DNA from: Octopus vulgaris
Lineage: Eukaryota
Direction of reading: 5' to 3'
DNA length: 64,000 nt
Assembly: GCA_951406725.2 (NCBI GenBank)
Contig: OX597821.1
Span: 38,192,001 to 38,256,000, forward strand
Part shown: piece by piece, positions 24,730 to 39,025 of the stretch
Position numbering within the stretch: position 1 is the stretch's first letter
Layout of the letters: each line of letters opens with the position of its first letter
Notes under the pieces: model-generated
Databases searched by the model: none
The model's input: the letters and a program-made list of their open reading frames with translations, nothing else
Told to the model about the DNA's origin: nothing
Made by a program: the position numbers and the translations under genes

Positions 24730-24926
24730 TCAGGTTTTGACACAAGGCCAGCAGAGGTGTAAGTCGAGCTCATCGACCCCAGCACTCAACTTGCACTTAC
24801 TTCATTGACCCCGAAAGGATGAAAGGCAAAATTGACCTCGGCGGAATCTGAACTCAGAGCGTGAGGACAAAATACTGCTAAGCTTTTTTCCCGGGCCTGT
24901 TAACGATCCTACCCGCTCGCTGCTTC
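24730..24926 (-). mobile_element. SINE family A-related
   Basis: gaccccgaaaggatgaaaggcaaaattgacctcggcggaatctgaactcaga. Confidence 0.75.
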
Positions 24927-26467
24927 AATAAACAGGGAAAATATGAATATAAATAGGGGAATATTGTGACAAAAAACAAACGAAGTCGGAACCCCTCACT
25001 CTCAGGTCTTATAAAACATATTTAAACCATTCCATATACACTGACTTCAGAATGGCTTTGATAGTAACAGAAAATAGAACTAAACAAACATGTAAAAAGA
25101 AACAACTAAAAGAATTGGTTAACACAATAAACATCGAATTTAAACACTTTGTCATCCTTGTATGGAGCTGGCCTAACCGACCGTGACTATTTCTAGAAGT
25201 AAGGAAATTATATCTACGTTAATTTCCTTAAATAAATTAAAGTCATTTTAAATAAAATCTAATTATCGTAAATTCCTATTTTAATCATTACTGTGAAAAA
25301 AATTTCAAGGAAATTGGCAATGTTTTATTCAATAATTTGAAATTTCTCTATCTCAGCATCTACATAATGATCATCCTTCTCTCCTTCTTTTCTCTTTTCT
25401 CTGTTTCTCTATTTATATAAAGATATGTTTATCTGCTTTTTGATAAGAAACTAAAGAACTAGTTTATAATTCCATATGAAGAGTAAAACATTGCTATGTA
25501 CGTAAGCAATAGTTCAATCTTTGACTATTTGAAGCATTCTGAATGGGAATAAATGTTCAGACTTGATGTACCAATATTTACTTAGCACTGCTTCACTTTG
25601 AGTAGCTGCACCAGTAAAACTTACAAGTGAAACTAATATTCACATATTCTACAGAATAACAGTCCAACCATAAGGCATTTCATGTCTCACCATCACTATA
25701 GAATTAAAGACATGTTTTAGAGAATATATTAAGTGAACACTTCACAACTCTTTGCATAAACACGTGATATGACATGGCGCACTGAATTTATGGAATGTTT
25801 AACATGAAAGTCTTTGTGGTAGTCACAGTGATAAAGTCTTAAGTTTTCGAATTTAAATTTTAACTTCTGTTAATTCCTGAAGAAGTACCCTTTCGTTCAT
25901 ATTGTATTGTTCACTCAGGCATTTTTCATACATATATGCATTCATAGATAGATCAGTATCTCTATGACAATAACTAGTGCCAGCAATTCATCTCTGACAA
26001 TTTTGACTTTTAGCAATCACTCGATGCCATCTATGCTGTTACCCCAGTGCATATAAAAGACATAATATCAATACACATAATACACGATAGATTAATAATT
26101 CCTGCATTTATATACAATACACCATCTTCTGAAGCCTGAGTAGCAAATGTGTCCTTTAGTTCGCTCTTACGTTTTTTTTAAATTGTAATAGTTGATAAAC
26201 TTTTGTTTTTGCTTTTGTAATTTTAGTGAATTGCAACTAATTCCAGTCAGATTGTTCAAAAACTCCTCTATTTCAAATAAAGTGTCTTGTATCAAAAGAC
26301 TGAGACTTCGTTATCTTCCAAGAAACTAATAATGATTTCTACCTCATGACATACGCATTAACTCCACCATCAATATACGTGCTGTAATTTCAATCCCGTA
26401 TTGAAACTGCCCTCTTCACTATTGGTGCTAACCCTCCTCACAAACAAACGTACCTCATACATCAGAA

Positions 26468-26704
26468 AAGGTGGCGAGCTGGCAGAAACATTAGCACGCC
26501 GGGTGAAATACTTAGCAATATTTCGTCTGCAGCTACGTTCTGAGTTCAAATTCCGCTGAGGTCGACTTTGCCGTTCATCCTTTCGGGATCGATTAAATAA
26601 GTACCAGTTACGCACTGGGGTCGATGTAATCGACTTAATCCGTTTGTATGACCTTGTTTGTCCCCTCTGTGTGTAGCCCCTTGTGGGTAGTAAAGAAATA
26701 GGTA
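26468..26704 (+). mobile_element. SINE family A, young copy with target-site duplication
   Basis: Full-length copy flanked by the direct repeat gtacctcatacatcagaa (26450-26467 and 26702-26719). Confidence 0.9.
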
Positions 26705-28845
26705 CCTCATACATCAGAATAGAACGGTCACTGTAAGATTCTTTGACGAATCAAAAATAACCAGCCTATCCTATGGTTAACTTAAGTTAACTATTGCTTA
26801 ATACACGATCTGAGAAAAAGGTGGTTACGAGAACAGTTCATTTCATCTTCGAAGCTGCATACAAGGGAAAATTAATACCTTTTCATCACAACAGGGAAGC
26901 CTAAACTATTGGAATTCTTGCACGATAAAATCTAATGCGTGTTCTTATAACCCGTCATCAAATTGCGTCATTGCAAAATGTACATTATACCTCATTAATT
27001 ACGAATTCAATTAAAGTGCGCGCGCGCGCACACACACATATATATATACATGTGTGTGAGTGTGCTCCGTTATTCTTCTGTGATCTGGGTAAGTAGATAT
27101 ATTGAAGATAAATTTTTAGTTGTAGACATCTAAATTCCATCTATGTTAAGTAAAGAAAAATAACGAAGAAGAGGAAAATATATTTCTACTAGAAAAGAAA
27201 ATTTAATTCCTTCTTTTAAAAATAATTAAAATTAAATTCTCCCAAAACAAACAGTAAAATAAACTATTTATTAGATACTTTAATGGAGTCGATTATCCCT
27301 AATGTGTGTCTCTGGTTATTTTCCTTCAAAACTTATAACCAAGAATCGAAACGCTAGTCCAAATTTCATTTAGAAGCTACTTATTAGACGCCAATTAGCT
27401 GAAGAATAATCTATGAAGCATAAGGTGTATCGTTGCGGAGATCTAATTCAATTAACATACTTCTTTAAAGCGTAGCAGTTTTTACAGTCTAGAGTAAATC
27501 GGATGTAAACATCATTTGAACTGTAGTCTTCTCAAAGATTAGAACATAAAAATCATTTACAGTGACTTAAGTAACGAGAAAAAAGAAAATTTTAAAAAAT
27601 TGGGAAAGTTACTAAATTTTCATATTGTTTCAACCAATTATTATCAAGTTATTTTCCTTCTATGTTCTTTAACTCACAGACATGTGCTTGCCGTTATTCC
27701 ATTTTCTGCTGGCTTCATATTTGGATTGTCTATCTTACGTTTCGATTGCCTCATCTTCTCAATTCTAATTCTACCACTTTCAACTTTGTCTTTTAATGAA
27801 GCGAAGTGGATGAAATAAATAACAAATATGCATTGTAACAAATTCAATTAAAGTTAGTCCACCTACCATTAAAATATTTAATGCTACGGACGTGGATGGC
27901 AAGGAGTCTCTGGTCGCCATCATCACAATTTGCGTTCAATTCCAGCTTTGGTAAATATTCAGTTCACTTCTAACATAGATGTTTATGTTCTTAAATAAAT
28001 AGGAATGCAACAGTAAGTAATTTTCTGATCCAAAACAATTTAGAATTATTGTCCGAAGGAAAGAAACAAAAAAACTACCACTATTTTAAAAATCTTAATC
28101 TTTTAACTAAACGTGCGAAATTATAATCAGCGACACTTCGCTTTTTGTGTCTTTGGCGTTCTTCAAGTCGGAATATTTATATCTTCGGTGCGTGTATAAA
28201 GAACTGGAGTATCGTTTTGGTAAGGAGTCGAGGTTTTAGTTAATAGTTTTCATAAATAAGCCTTTAAAAAGGCCGGTTTTAGTTAATGGGTAAAATAGGA
28301 GACCATAATTAACAATGGTTTCAAATTTTTGGTACAAAGCCAGCAGTTTTGAGGGAGGGTCGACGGAATTTGACCTCAGAACGTAAAGAAGGGCGCGCTA
28401 ATGATTCGACTGGCCACCTCGCCACCTTCGGAGTATGATTAGTATTCATTAATTAAGTTTGTTGAATTTATTTTAAGCACGAGAGATATGTCACTGTTTA
28501 TTCTCATAAAGTTTATAGCACTAACTAGTTGAAGCCTGATTCTATCGTATTTCACCGTGTTTCCAAGGATATTTGAAAAAAATATATAGACAAATACAAT
28601 GGAAATAATATATGTGTGTTGATGACTACATCTATTACATTGTTGTTTTTAACAAACATGTATGGTGAAAGATTTCGTATGAATATGAAATCTCTTATTA
28701 CCCTAACAATAACGAGTATTTAAAATATATAATACCCTAGCATCCTGGTGTGGTAAAATAGCGAAATGAATTGCTGAGACACTTGATTGTTAAATTACCG
28801 AAACACAATACTATACTTCTTTATATAATATTACATATAGAATAT

Positions 28846-29242
28846 AAGGTGGCGAGCTGGCAGAAACGTTAGCATGCCAGGCGAAATGCTTACCGGTATT
28901 TCGTCTGCCGTTAAGTTCTGAGTTCAAATCGCACCGAGATCGACTTTGCCTTTCATCCTTTCGGAGTCGATAAATTAAGTACCAGTTACGCACTGGGGTC
29001 GATATAATCGACTTAATCGGGTTGTATGTCCTTGTTTATCCTCTGTGTTTAGCCCCTTGTGGGTAGTAAAGAAATAGGTATTTCGCCTGCCGTTACGTTC
29101 TGAGTTCAAACTCTGACGAGGTCGACTTTGCCTTTCATCCTTTCGGTGTCGATAAAGTACCAGTTTCGCACTTAATCGGCTTAATCCGTTTGTCCTTGTT
29201 TGTCCCCTCTATGTTTAGCCCCTTGTGAGCAATAAGGAAATA
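28846..29242 (+). mobile_element. SINE family A with a tandemly repeated 3' body
   Basis: A full copy followed by a second unit restarting at ggtatttcg (about 29077). Confidence 0.85.
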
Positions 29243-32200
29243 TATATAATATTATATATAGAATATATGAAATATTACAAATGGAATTGTGTATACAAGA
29301 TGTAACACATGGCATATACATTATTATATATACACAATAATTTATATTTCATATGTGAATCATTTTATGTTACACGAATTGGCAGCATTTGGTGTTTGTC
29401 CACCGTTAACTATCCATGAAGGTTTCAAACTGAGTGTGACTTTTAACTACAACACAAATAGAAAAATATATATATAAAAAAAAAAGCTAAAATTGACTTC
29501 CTATAAAACTGCCGAGTTCCAGACACAAAAGATAACATTTTTATTATGGAAATATTTTTATTAATTGCATATTTTAATTTAGTCCAACGCCTAGGATTTA
29601 TGGACTTAGAATAAGTAGGTCTGTAGCGTCTGGGAGTGAAACAAGTTAAAAAATATAATGAGATGAAGAAACGAAAACAGCAATTGTTTCTAGCGGAGGA
29701 ACATTTCATCCATGTAATATTTAGTGGGCCTTGTTTAATAAAATATCCCTTTAGATGATCTTAACGTAGACATCTGTCGATTGAATTTTCTTATCGATTA
29801 CATAATTTGTTTATCGGTGACTATTGGGATTGAACTGATAATGATACATATCATTGTTGATCTTACAGTAGTAAATGCTCAGAGATTTTTTTTTTGTTTT
29901 TATCAGTTTTGTTTGGATTATTGTGGAGTTCGAGCTAATCAATATCCATCTGCCAACAGATATTAATGTCGAGCGAGATATGATAGTAAATATATTATTA
30001 GTTAATTTTATCAGATAACTAAACACATTAGCTGATTTAATCTTTCAGACACGATCAGTGAGATTAATGAGAAGATATATAAGAACATTTCTTACCACCA
30101 TATGGATACGTTCAGTCTGATCAAAGAAACAGTTTTGCTACCAATAATTCTCTTTTCGTTTTCTTTCTTTCTGCTGCTATTTCATTTGACACCAATAATT
30201 TCTTTGTCTCTCTTCACTAATAAATCACAGCAAAATAAGGAAATTATTTTCTCGATTGCTTTCTCAAAGCTATCCACAAAATAATTTCTAACGTCTACTT
30301 TCCTGTATTTAAACATGTATCCATCCACCAACCAATGAAAAACAAAACAAAAACATTGAAATTCTTTAAAATTCGATAGAATGACGATTTTAATAATATA
30401 AAGCTTTCAAGTTAATTACAATAGAAAAAGGTTACGACATTTAACCGTTAACCTGTTTTGTTTTAGAGAATATAATTTTTTTTTTTGGTATCTACACTGA
30501 CTTGCAAACAATCAATCATGGATTAAGATGGCGCCTTGTTTGTAAATCGCCGACAAGATATGAAACTGTTTCATCAACCTAACAGCTTAATTTGTTTAAT
30601 CTACTTTAAAAGGTACATAATGTAAATTAGTAATTGAGAGAACATTACTAGCAATTTGAACAAAAACAAACAGTATCTTGTGGTTGTAAGTGTACGTTGT
30701 AAGCGGATATGAATATAATTAATTACCTGCTATTGTGTCTTGAGGTATTAAAATGTTGTGGTTGGAAGTATATACGCAATGTATATATGTAAATTACGTA
30801 TATTGACTGTATATATAATATATATATATATATATATAAAGACTCGCCGAGTTCATATGAAATTGCGTCTGTGTGATACTGACAGATTGATTGTAATTTG
30901 GTTTTAAGCAATTTCTGTAAAACGTTGTTGTTTGTTGGAAGTGGTGTTGAGAATATAGACAAATATTCATCGCATCAATGTATGTTTCCTAAAACTCTTT
31001 TTAGGAATTACACTTGTGTAATTTTTAAGTCATATCTTTTAAAAGAAGATATCAAGAGATACCTTTTTCTGAAACTCATAAAAATACATTCATAAATCTT
31101 ATTCAATTTTTTTGTATTTTACTCTGATTATTTTCGTAATTTGTCTCAAAAAACTAATAGAAAAAATATTTTGGGCTTCACATAAGGCTTATGCTACTCA
31201 TTTATGGTTAAGTATTCTTATCAGTTTATTGAATGTAATTTGTGTGTAAATCTCAGAAAAAAATACGCTTTATTAGATTGCACTGAATCATCTCAGAGAC
31301 GAATCCTTCTCTTGAATAAAAGCAATCAAAAGGCTTGAGGACGTAACTTACATCATAAAAACCATTTTGATTCTTTCTTACAAAATACATTTTGATATCT
31401 ACTCTATTAACATATTGGGGTCTTTTTGTATTTTTAATTGTCATTAAAATTTATCTCCTGGAATATATTTGGCATTCATATGAATTTTAACTGCTATTTC
31501 GTTCTTGTCCTCTTTCGTTACTTCGGTGCCATTAAATAAATGGCGCTAAACGATTCACTACACCTCTCCTATACTATTAAGTGTATGCATAAAAAAACAA
31601 CTAATATTTGTATCTCATGAAAATAGATTCAAACTCAAGTTTATTGGTTGTCCAATACCGTTTTTTTGTCTTTTACATATAATTACATATATTTTGAAAT
31701 ACATATAATTCGTAGCTTCATGATAATGAGGTACATAAACGATGTAATGTGGCTATAGTTCTGCAACACTCGCACACGTATACGTTATATTAAAACTTTG
31801 ATGCATACCTTATACTTATACACAAGCATACGGAGCATATGTATGTGTATGTATATATATATATATATATATATATGATGCGTGTATTTATGTATATATG
31901 TTAGTATACGTAGATAGATAGAGAGGGAATGAGAGATACCTCAACTGCATGTGCGTGCTGTCGTGTTTGTATGCATGTCCCTATGCACATTTATACTTCT
32001 TAGCAGTTGGACATGCTTACATATAATCGCGTGTAAGATATGAAATGCTAAATTGTTAATTGCTCTCGCTGATATTAATATACGGTTTGGCACAAAATGT
32101 CTATCACTCCTCATAAATTGCAGTTAGTTCCTTCAGAAAGGAGTGGTCAATAAGATTTCCCATAAAGATAAATTTGGCAACGGGGAACATGTCGACATTA

Positions 32201-33663
32201 TTTAGCCACTAAAATCTGTGGAAATCATTTCCTTCCGTATCAGTTATTATAGGATTCTACTCAAAGGGTTTAGTCAAGCATCCCTGTATAAGTGCGCGTG
32301 TGAAAATTGTACGTGTGCATATATGTTTGTATACATACATACAAACATAAACACACATACGCAAACACGTGTGCGCGAACACACACATACATATGTATGC
32401 ATGTATATATAATTTTGGTTCTCTATCAGCCATATTTATTTCTCAGTTTTGTTCAATTTTCATAGAGCTACATGTACTTCCTAGAATTGTCTTGATGACA
32501 GTAATTACAATACTAACCGAAGGGGAGTCCAGAAACGGCCAAATTGTTTATGCATATGCGTGTGCATACATACCTATATGTATACATACGTACATGCATT
32601 CATACATACATACGTACATACATACATACATACATACATGCGTACATACATACGTACATATATGCATATATACTTACATATGTACATACATAGATACATA
32701 CATGCATATACACATACATATGGACATATGTACATACATACATGCATACATTCATATATATGTAAGTATATATGTATGTATACAGACATTCATATATATA
32801 TATATATATGTATGTATGTGTGTGTGTATTATATATTACAGATAAAGTCTTACAGGCTTTCACAAAGTTCCACCATACATTATCGTACAAGGTGTGGGCG
32901 ACCAGACGTTATGTTAAAAGTTCAATGAAATCATCTCAACTTAGAATCGGGAAATCAAAAAACAATACCTAAAAGTGGTGTCGTGTATATATTATAAAAA
33001 GCTATATTGTTTCAGTATATTTTTCAGACGCAATTCTGTCTTACATGTTATCGCTTAATCATACCTAAGAAGTAATCTAGCAGTTTGAGCATATATAAAG
33101 AATATATATGATATAAACATATAAATTTGATTAATAGAAAGCCCCATTGTGACTTCAATAAGAATGTAAACCCATTCATTATATACTATTGATACCTAGG
33201 CAGAAGGAGGAAGGCTTCCAACGGATCGTTTCACGGTTTGCTGACAACGCCCCAGAGGGCATCTGCGCAACTTCCTTTTTTGATCAATTCTATGTTTATC
33301 TGACTTATGCTGTGTATAAAACTGATATTGCTTAATTTGCAGTAACATTATCTTTTTTGAGAAAGTCAACACTTTTTATTTCTTCTGTAGGATATATTCA
33401 GTTTCTCTCGTTTTGACAGGAAGACAATCCTATTGGCGAAACAATATATTTTGTGGGGCTTACAGTTATATATATATAAACAGCCATTGGCAATGTGTTA
33501 CCAAAAGGAAAATTATAAATGTTACTAACTGCGATTAAGGGTGTTAGAACTCCTACTTTGCTAAAAATAAGAGCTAAAATGCTCTCGTGCTGTAGTTAAT
33601 GCACATAATTGTATACATATATGCTGAGAGAGACTGCAATCGCCCAAAACACCGATCGAAAGT

Positions 33664-33716
33664 TCCTTATACTGACTCATCAGTTTCGGCTATTTCCGTA
33701 GCGTCATCAGTAAGGA
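33664..33716 (-). ncRNA. Type I hammerhead ribozyme with a complete stem III
   Basis: Minus strand: tcctta CTGATGA c gcta cggaaa tagc c GAAA ctga tgag tcag TA taagga. All three helices pair; GUA site. Confidence 0.85.
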
Positions 33717-33752
33717 CCGCTCGTTTGGCTGATTCCGGGCTTAATTCTCTCC

Positions 33753-33785
<33 letters not shown>

Positions 33786-34769
33786 GTACAGAGCAAATAC
33801 TCAGGAGTGAATGCATAGATATTATTATTATTGCTATTAATTATCGTGGGCAATATAAATGACCGATAATAATATAAGTGGTCACAAGCCTAAATTAGCA
33901 TTAGATAGCCATATATTTAAAATTCATATAAGAGCACACGAATGTGCCTACCTGCTAGACATGAGAGTTAAAATCCTCATTAAACCACTAATAATATCAT
34001 TGAAAATAACAACAGAAAATAACAAACGGATCGTGAAATCTTTCACATATCTATATAGCAGAATGCTATATATTTCTTGGTATTAGTATACATGTGGGCC
34101 GGTTTCTAGTTTGACATAAATCTTATTTTCATTAGCACATGTCAACCATTTGAAAAATCTTGCCAACCCACGACGTTGAAATCCGCTGCTCCTTTGAATT
34201 GTTTGACACCAAATCAGAGCAATCTCAGTGGGAAAAGTTTCAATCGGAGCAAATTTGCAGGAGTGGACATTTATATAGATATTATTATTATTATTGCTAT
34301 TATTATCGATAATAATAGCAATAATAATATAGGTAGTTGCAAGCCGAAATCAACATTATATTGCCAAATATAAAATTCACATGATAAGGGCACACGAATG
34401 TGGCTTAATGAGGGTCTTAATTCTTGTGTCTAGCAGGCAGGCACATTCATATGCTATTGTCATATGAATATACATATATATAAACACATACACAATGGGC
34501 TTCTTTCAGTTTCCATCTAGCAAATCAACTCATATGTTCGACCTGAAGACACCCAATTTGCCACGCAGTGAGACTGAACTCGGAACCATGTGGTTGGGAA
34601 AAAAACCATGACTGCGTGTGTACATCTGTGTATGTTTTATGTATGTATAAGTAATTCATCTGGAGCCCATACTTCGTTATTCTTTCAAATGTATTTCTGT
34701 TATAATCACGTGTGACTGCTGCAGTGATCTTGTGTGCCAATCTAAACCCTTTCATACTTTGTTTTCCAG

Positions 34770-34869
34770 ATTTTGCGGCTTATATCTGCAACAATGGATA
34801 GAGATGAATCAACATCTGCTTTGCGACCAGAGAATATTTTCAAAAATAGATGTAAAAATATTACACCAG
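34770..34869 (+). CDS. Receptor-type PTP, internal exon (start of D2, KNR loop)
   Basis: tttgttttccAG, 100 nt, GTatgt (phase 0-1). Translates ILRLISATMDRDESTSALRPENIFKNRCKNITP, matching the A..PEN..KNR....P motif and continuing in frame from LEEQFE. Confidence 0.9.
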
Positions 34870-35973
34870 GTATGTAGAGAATAGTCCTTTTAATGATATT
34901 CATTCGCCTAGATGAGGATGAATAATTAATTCACTGTAACAATATATATTTAGACTTACTCGAAATAAATATTTGTAACTGCAACCGACAGATATGTTGA
35001 GTGAATATACATGGTTCTATGAATATTGAAGTTGGATCAATACAACGAAAAGGGTCAAACACATATAATTTGGATGGGGGAATCTTGTAATCGTTGTGGT
35101 AACAATAACTTCAAAATTTGATAGAGGAAGACAAAATATCATCCATTAAATGAATCATATGTTTTATATGTTGCATTATTTAAAAGATTTTTTTTTTCTG
35201 AAAATTATCTAAAAGGTTTATCTAAAAAATGCAATAGTTTAAGAAAAAAAAATATGAGGAAAAAAGTACCATTCAGATTTGAAAGCTAATTTCAAAGGTA
35301 ACATACATCGACACCATTTTTGAAATCTGAAACAGAATGAGGCTATTGATTATACTTTGGTATCATGAGATAAATTGATGTTAAATTAAGCAGAGTAAAA
35401 AAATGTCATAAACCGAGACTTGGGATTATAAAACACTTCGTGAAAAAATACATTGATGCATTTCTGTGTATCCCGTTCATAAGAATATTGACAACGAGTA
35501 ACTCTTAGAAATGAAACCTATAATTGTTATAGAAATGCTCGCTGCATTAAAGCAAGAGGTGCGCTAACTATGGCAAAATGCTAGGTGAATGGCTATAACA
35601 GCGGTGGGGCTTGTGAATAACAGTTGTGATAGGGTTAGCGAAATCATAATTGATAGCGTTGGGAGCGGAGGTGAGATAAGGATGCTAGTATAGCAGACGA
35701 CGGCATTGCGATGCGTGTCCACTCACCCCGCTCACACTATATTGCTTTTGGTTAAGATGTTTAATCTGCTAGGATTTAGTGCCAAGGTTGATTCTACTGC
35801 GTGACATCTTCATCCTCGTTTGGACCTTATAACATGTGGATATAATTTGTTGGACGAAAACTGGACTGAAGCCCACTATATATAATGTGTGTGTGTGTGT
35901 GTGTGTGTGCGCGTGCATACAACGGGATTGTACATGGTTTGCTTTCTTTACATAATTTCTTATTCAAATTTAT

Positions 35974-36473
35974 TTAAATTATCGGTCTGCTTAGGAGGTT
36001 GTTGTGTCCTACCATATGTGCTGCTTCTTTTAGTTTTCGTATTTTCCTGTGGTGTTCTCTGTCTATTATTTTAACTTCATCCCACAGGGGGAGGTGGTCT
36101 CCATTTTTCCATACATGATCAGCTATACCCGATTTATCAAAATCTCCTCGTGTCACGGCTTTGCGATGTTCGTCTACCCTTATTTTGAGGGGGCGGATCA
36201 AGCTCAATAACGATCTGTTAAGCAACAACTACCCCAAAGTCTGTCTACCCTATGCGAAAGGCCTCTCCGAAAAGATAGAAAAAATATGCGGCCCTTATGA
36301 CATCAGGACAGTATTCAAAAGTAATACAGTACTTTGTAAATATCTCCGAGTAAAACCACCAATAGAAGAGGATATGACTAAGAACTGCGTGTACTCCATC
36401 CCATGCAGCTGTGGTAGGTTATACAAAGACGAAACACGCCGCCTCCTCAAAATAAGGGTAGACGAACATCGCA
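35974..36473. pseudogene. Poseidon/Penelope-type PLE fragment (thumb/linker and GIY-YIG) split by an inversion
   Basis: The + strand at about 36233-36473 gives VCLPYAKGLSEKIEKIC...VYSIPCSCGRLYKDETRRLLKIRVDEHR. The minus strand from about 36193 to 35974 continues LKIRVDEHRKAVTRGDFDKSGIADHVWKNGDH...RKLKEAAHM...LLSR. The CCHH-type motif is present. Confidence 0.85.
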
Positions 36474-36484
36474 TAATTGCCTAT

Positions 36485-36765
36485 GGGTATATGGCGTAGT
36501 GGTTAAGAGCGCGGGCAACTAACCCCAAGATTCCGAATTCGATTCCAAGCAGTGACCTGAACAACAACAACAACAACAATAATAATAACAATAATAATAA
36601 TAGTAGTAGTAATACCTTAGGAATGAGAACCCAGGTTCGAAACTTCCCCAAGACACCTGAAGAAGACTGGAGGATATATCAGCCGAAACGATGTGTTAAC
36701 AACAAACAAGATACGTTGAATGTAAATAATGTACATAATTCCTCATCTCTTAAATATAGAACTGA
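36485..36765 (+). mobile_element. tRNA-like head + (AAC/AAT)n + hammerhead-like PLE-type tail
   Basis: A-box TGGCGTAGTGG and B-box-like gaattcgattcc at 36485-36557, then a microsatellite, then cac CTGAAGA agactg...cagcc GAAA cgat gtg at 36654-36695 (NUH position appears mutated). Confidence 0.6.
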
Positions 36766-38349
36766 GAGGGCCTGAGGAGAGATGGTGCGATATTAACTAA
36801 CTCCGAGGAATATATACAACTGTAGCTATAGATGCAGTATAACTGCCTGCCAGATTGGAAAATAGGCAAGATATAAAAATATATAATTATAGGGGAGACA
36901 ACTATCCTGTGTTATACCAAATTGAAAAGAAACCGTTAGATTGGTTGTAGAAAAGTAAAGGATGTGAGAGATTTGAAAACCTTATAGCAATGCCATTTCT
37001 TCAGTAAAACTAAACAGCACTCAGATTGAATGGGAAAGAAAATCTGATGAGGAAGCTTCTAACCCTGGGATATACTCTAATAAATTTTATAGTTTTTTTT
37101 TCTGGTTTATTAGAAATAAACCTGCAGCAGTGACGAATGCAATCTTACCGAAGATCACATATTATCCTGATTAAGACAATTACTGTTGTTATGTAACATA
37201 CTGCTCACTACTACGTTGTTGATTTTCTCTCAGAAACTCATTAACACTATGCAAAACACTCATTTACAATGGACTGTAACTAGTTTCATTTTACTTCTAT
37301 TGATTTCAGTTGATGATATCCTTATTTTAAAGCTATGTTGTTATTTCTAATTAATTATTGATTATTTTCGATTCAAACAAATCTTCTAATATGCTATATA
37401 TCCTAAGGTCACATATTTCTAATAAAGTATTTACGTAAAATACAATATTATTTCATTCTCTTTACATTTCTGATTTTGATATTTACGTTAAAATTTATTA
37501 TTAATTTCAAAATATCTATAAACTATTTCATAATTCAGTAACTTAAAAGTGTAGTAATTTATTATAATAAATTATAATAAACTAGATTGATATATGATGA
37601 TATAATATTAAACTGTATTATATAGACATAACCAGAGCAAAGTATTATATCATTAGTTCAAATATACCACATTATCGTATTACAGTTATGACTAACTTAT
37701 TAATTCAAGTATACTATATACAATAGTATCTGGAGCGCAATATTATATTCATGAGTGTAGACAATCTTTACTTGTACAGCATCCTAATTAAGCACTTTGT
37801 ATTTCAAAATATTCCGCTGAAATCTAATTTATGAATACAGAATACGTTAACGATAATTTCATCCTCTACTTTTTTGGCAATTCTTTTAAAATTGTGTATG
37901 GCAATGATAAACAATTGTAAATTCAACCGAGAATAATTTGTAAATGATTATCAGAATGTTTTAGTAATTCTGTTCTAGGATAGAAAATATAATTAGTTAT
38001 TTCCCTGTTACATCATTGAAATGGTTTCTTAGTTCTCGCCTTTTCTAAGCTTTGGAATAACCATTTCATTTCATTTCTAAAACTCCCAAAACCCCTACCA
38101 AATTATTGCCTCCTTTGCATTCTGCTGCCTGTCATGTGTTCTAGCTAATTCTGCAGCAGAAACTGCTGGTGACGTGAAGTATTAGCAACACCACAGCTTT
38201 GGTACCGTTACGTTTTGTTTAGTATCGGCATGAATTCCGATTAAACAATTATTCTGAAAAACAAAGAACACACACACACTCATCTGGCGTATGTAATATA
38301 AATATGTATACGTATATGTGAATATGCATGTGTATGTCTATCTATTTCT

Positions 38350-39025
<676 letters not shown>

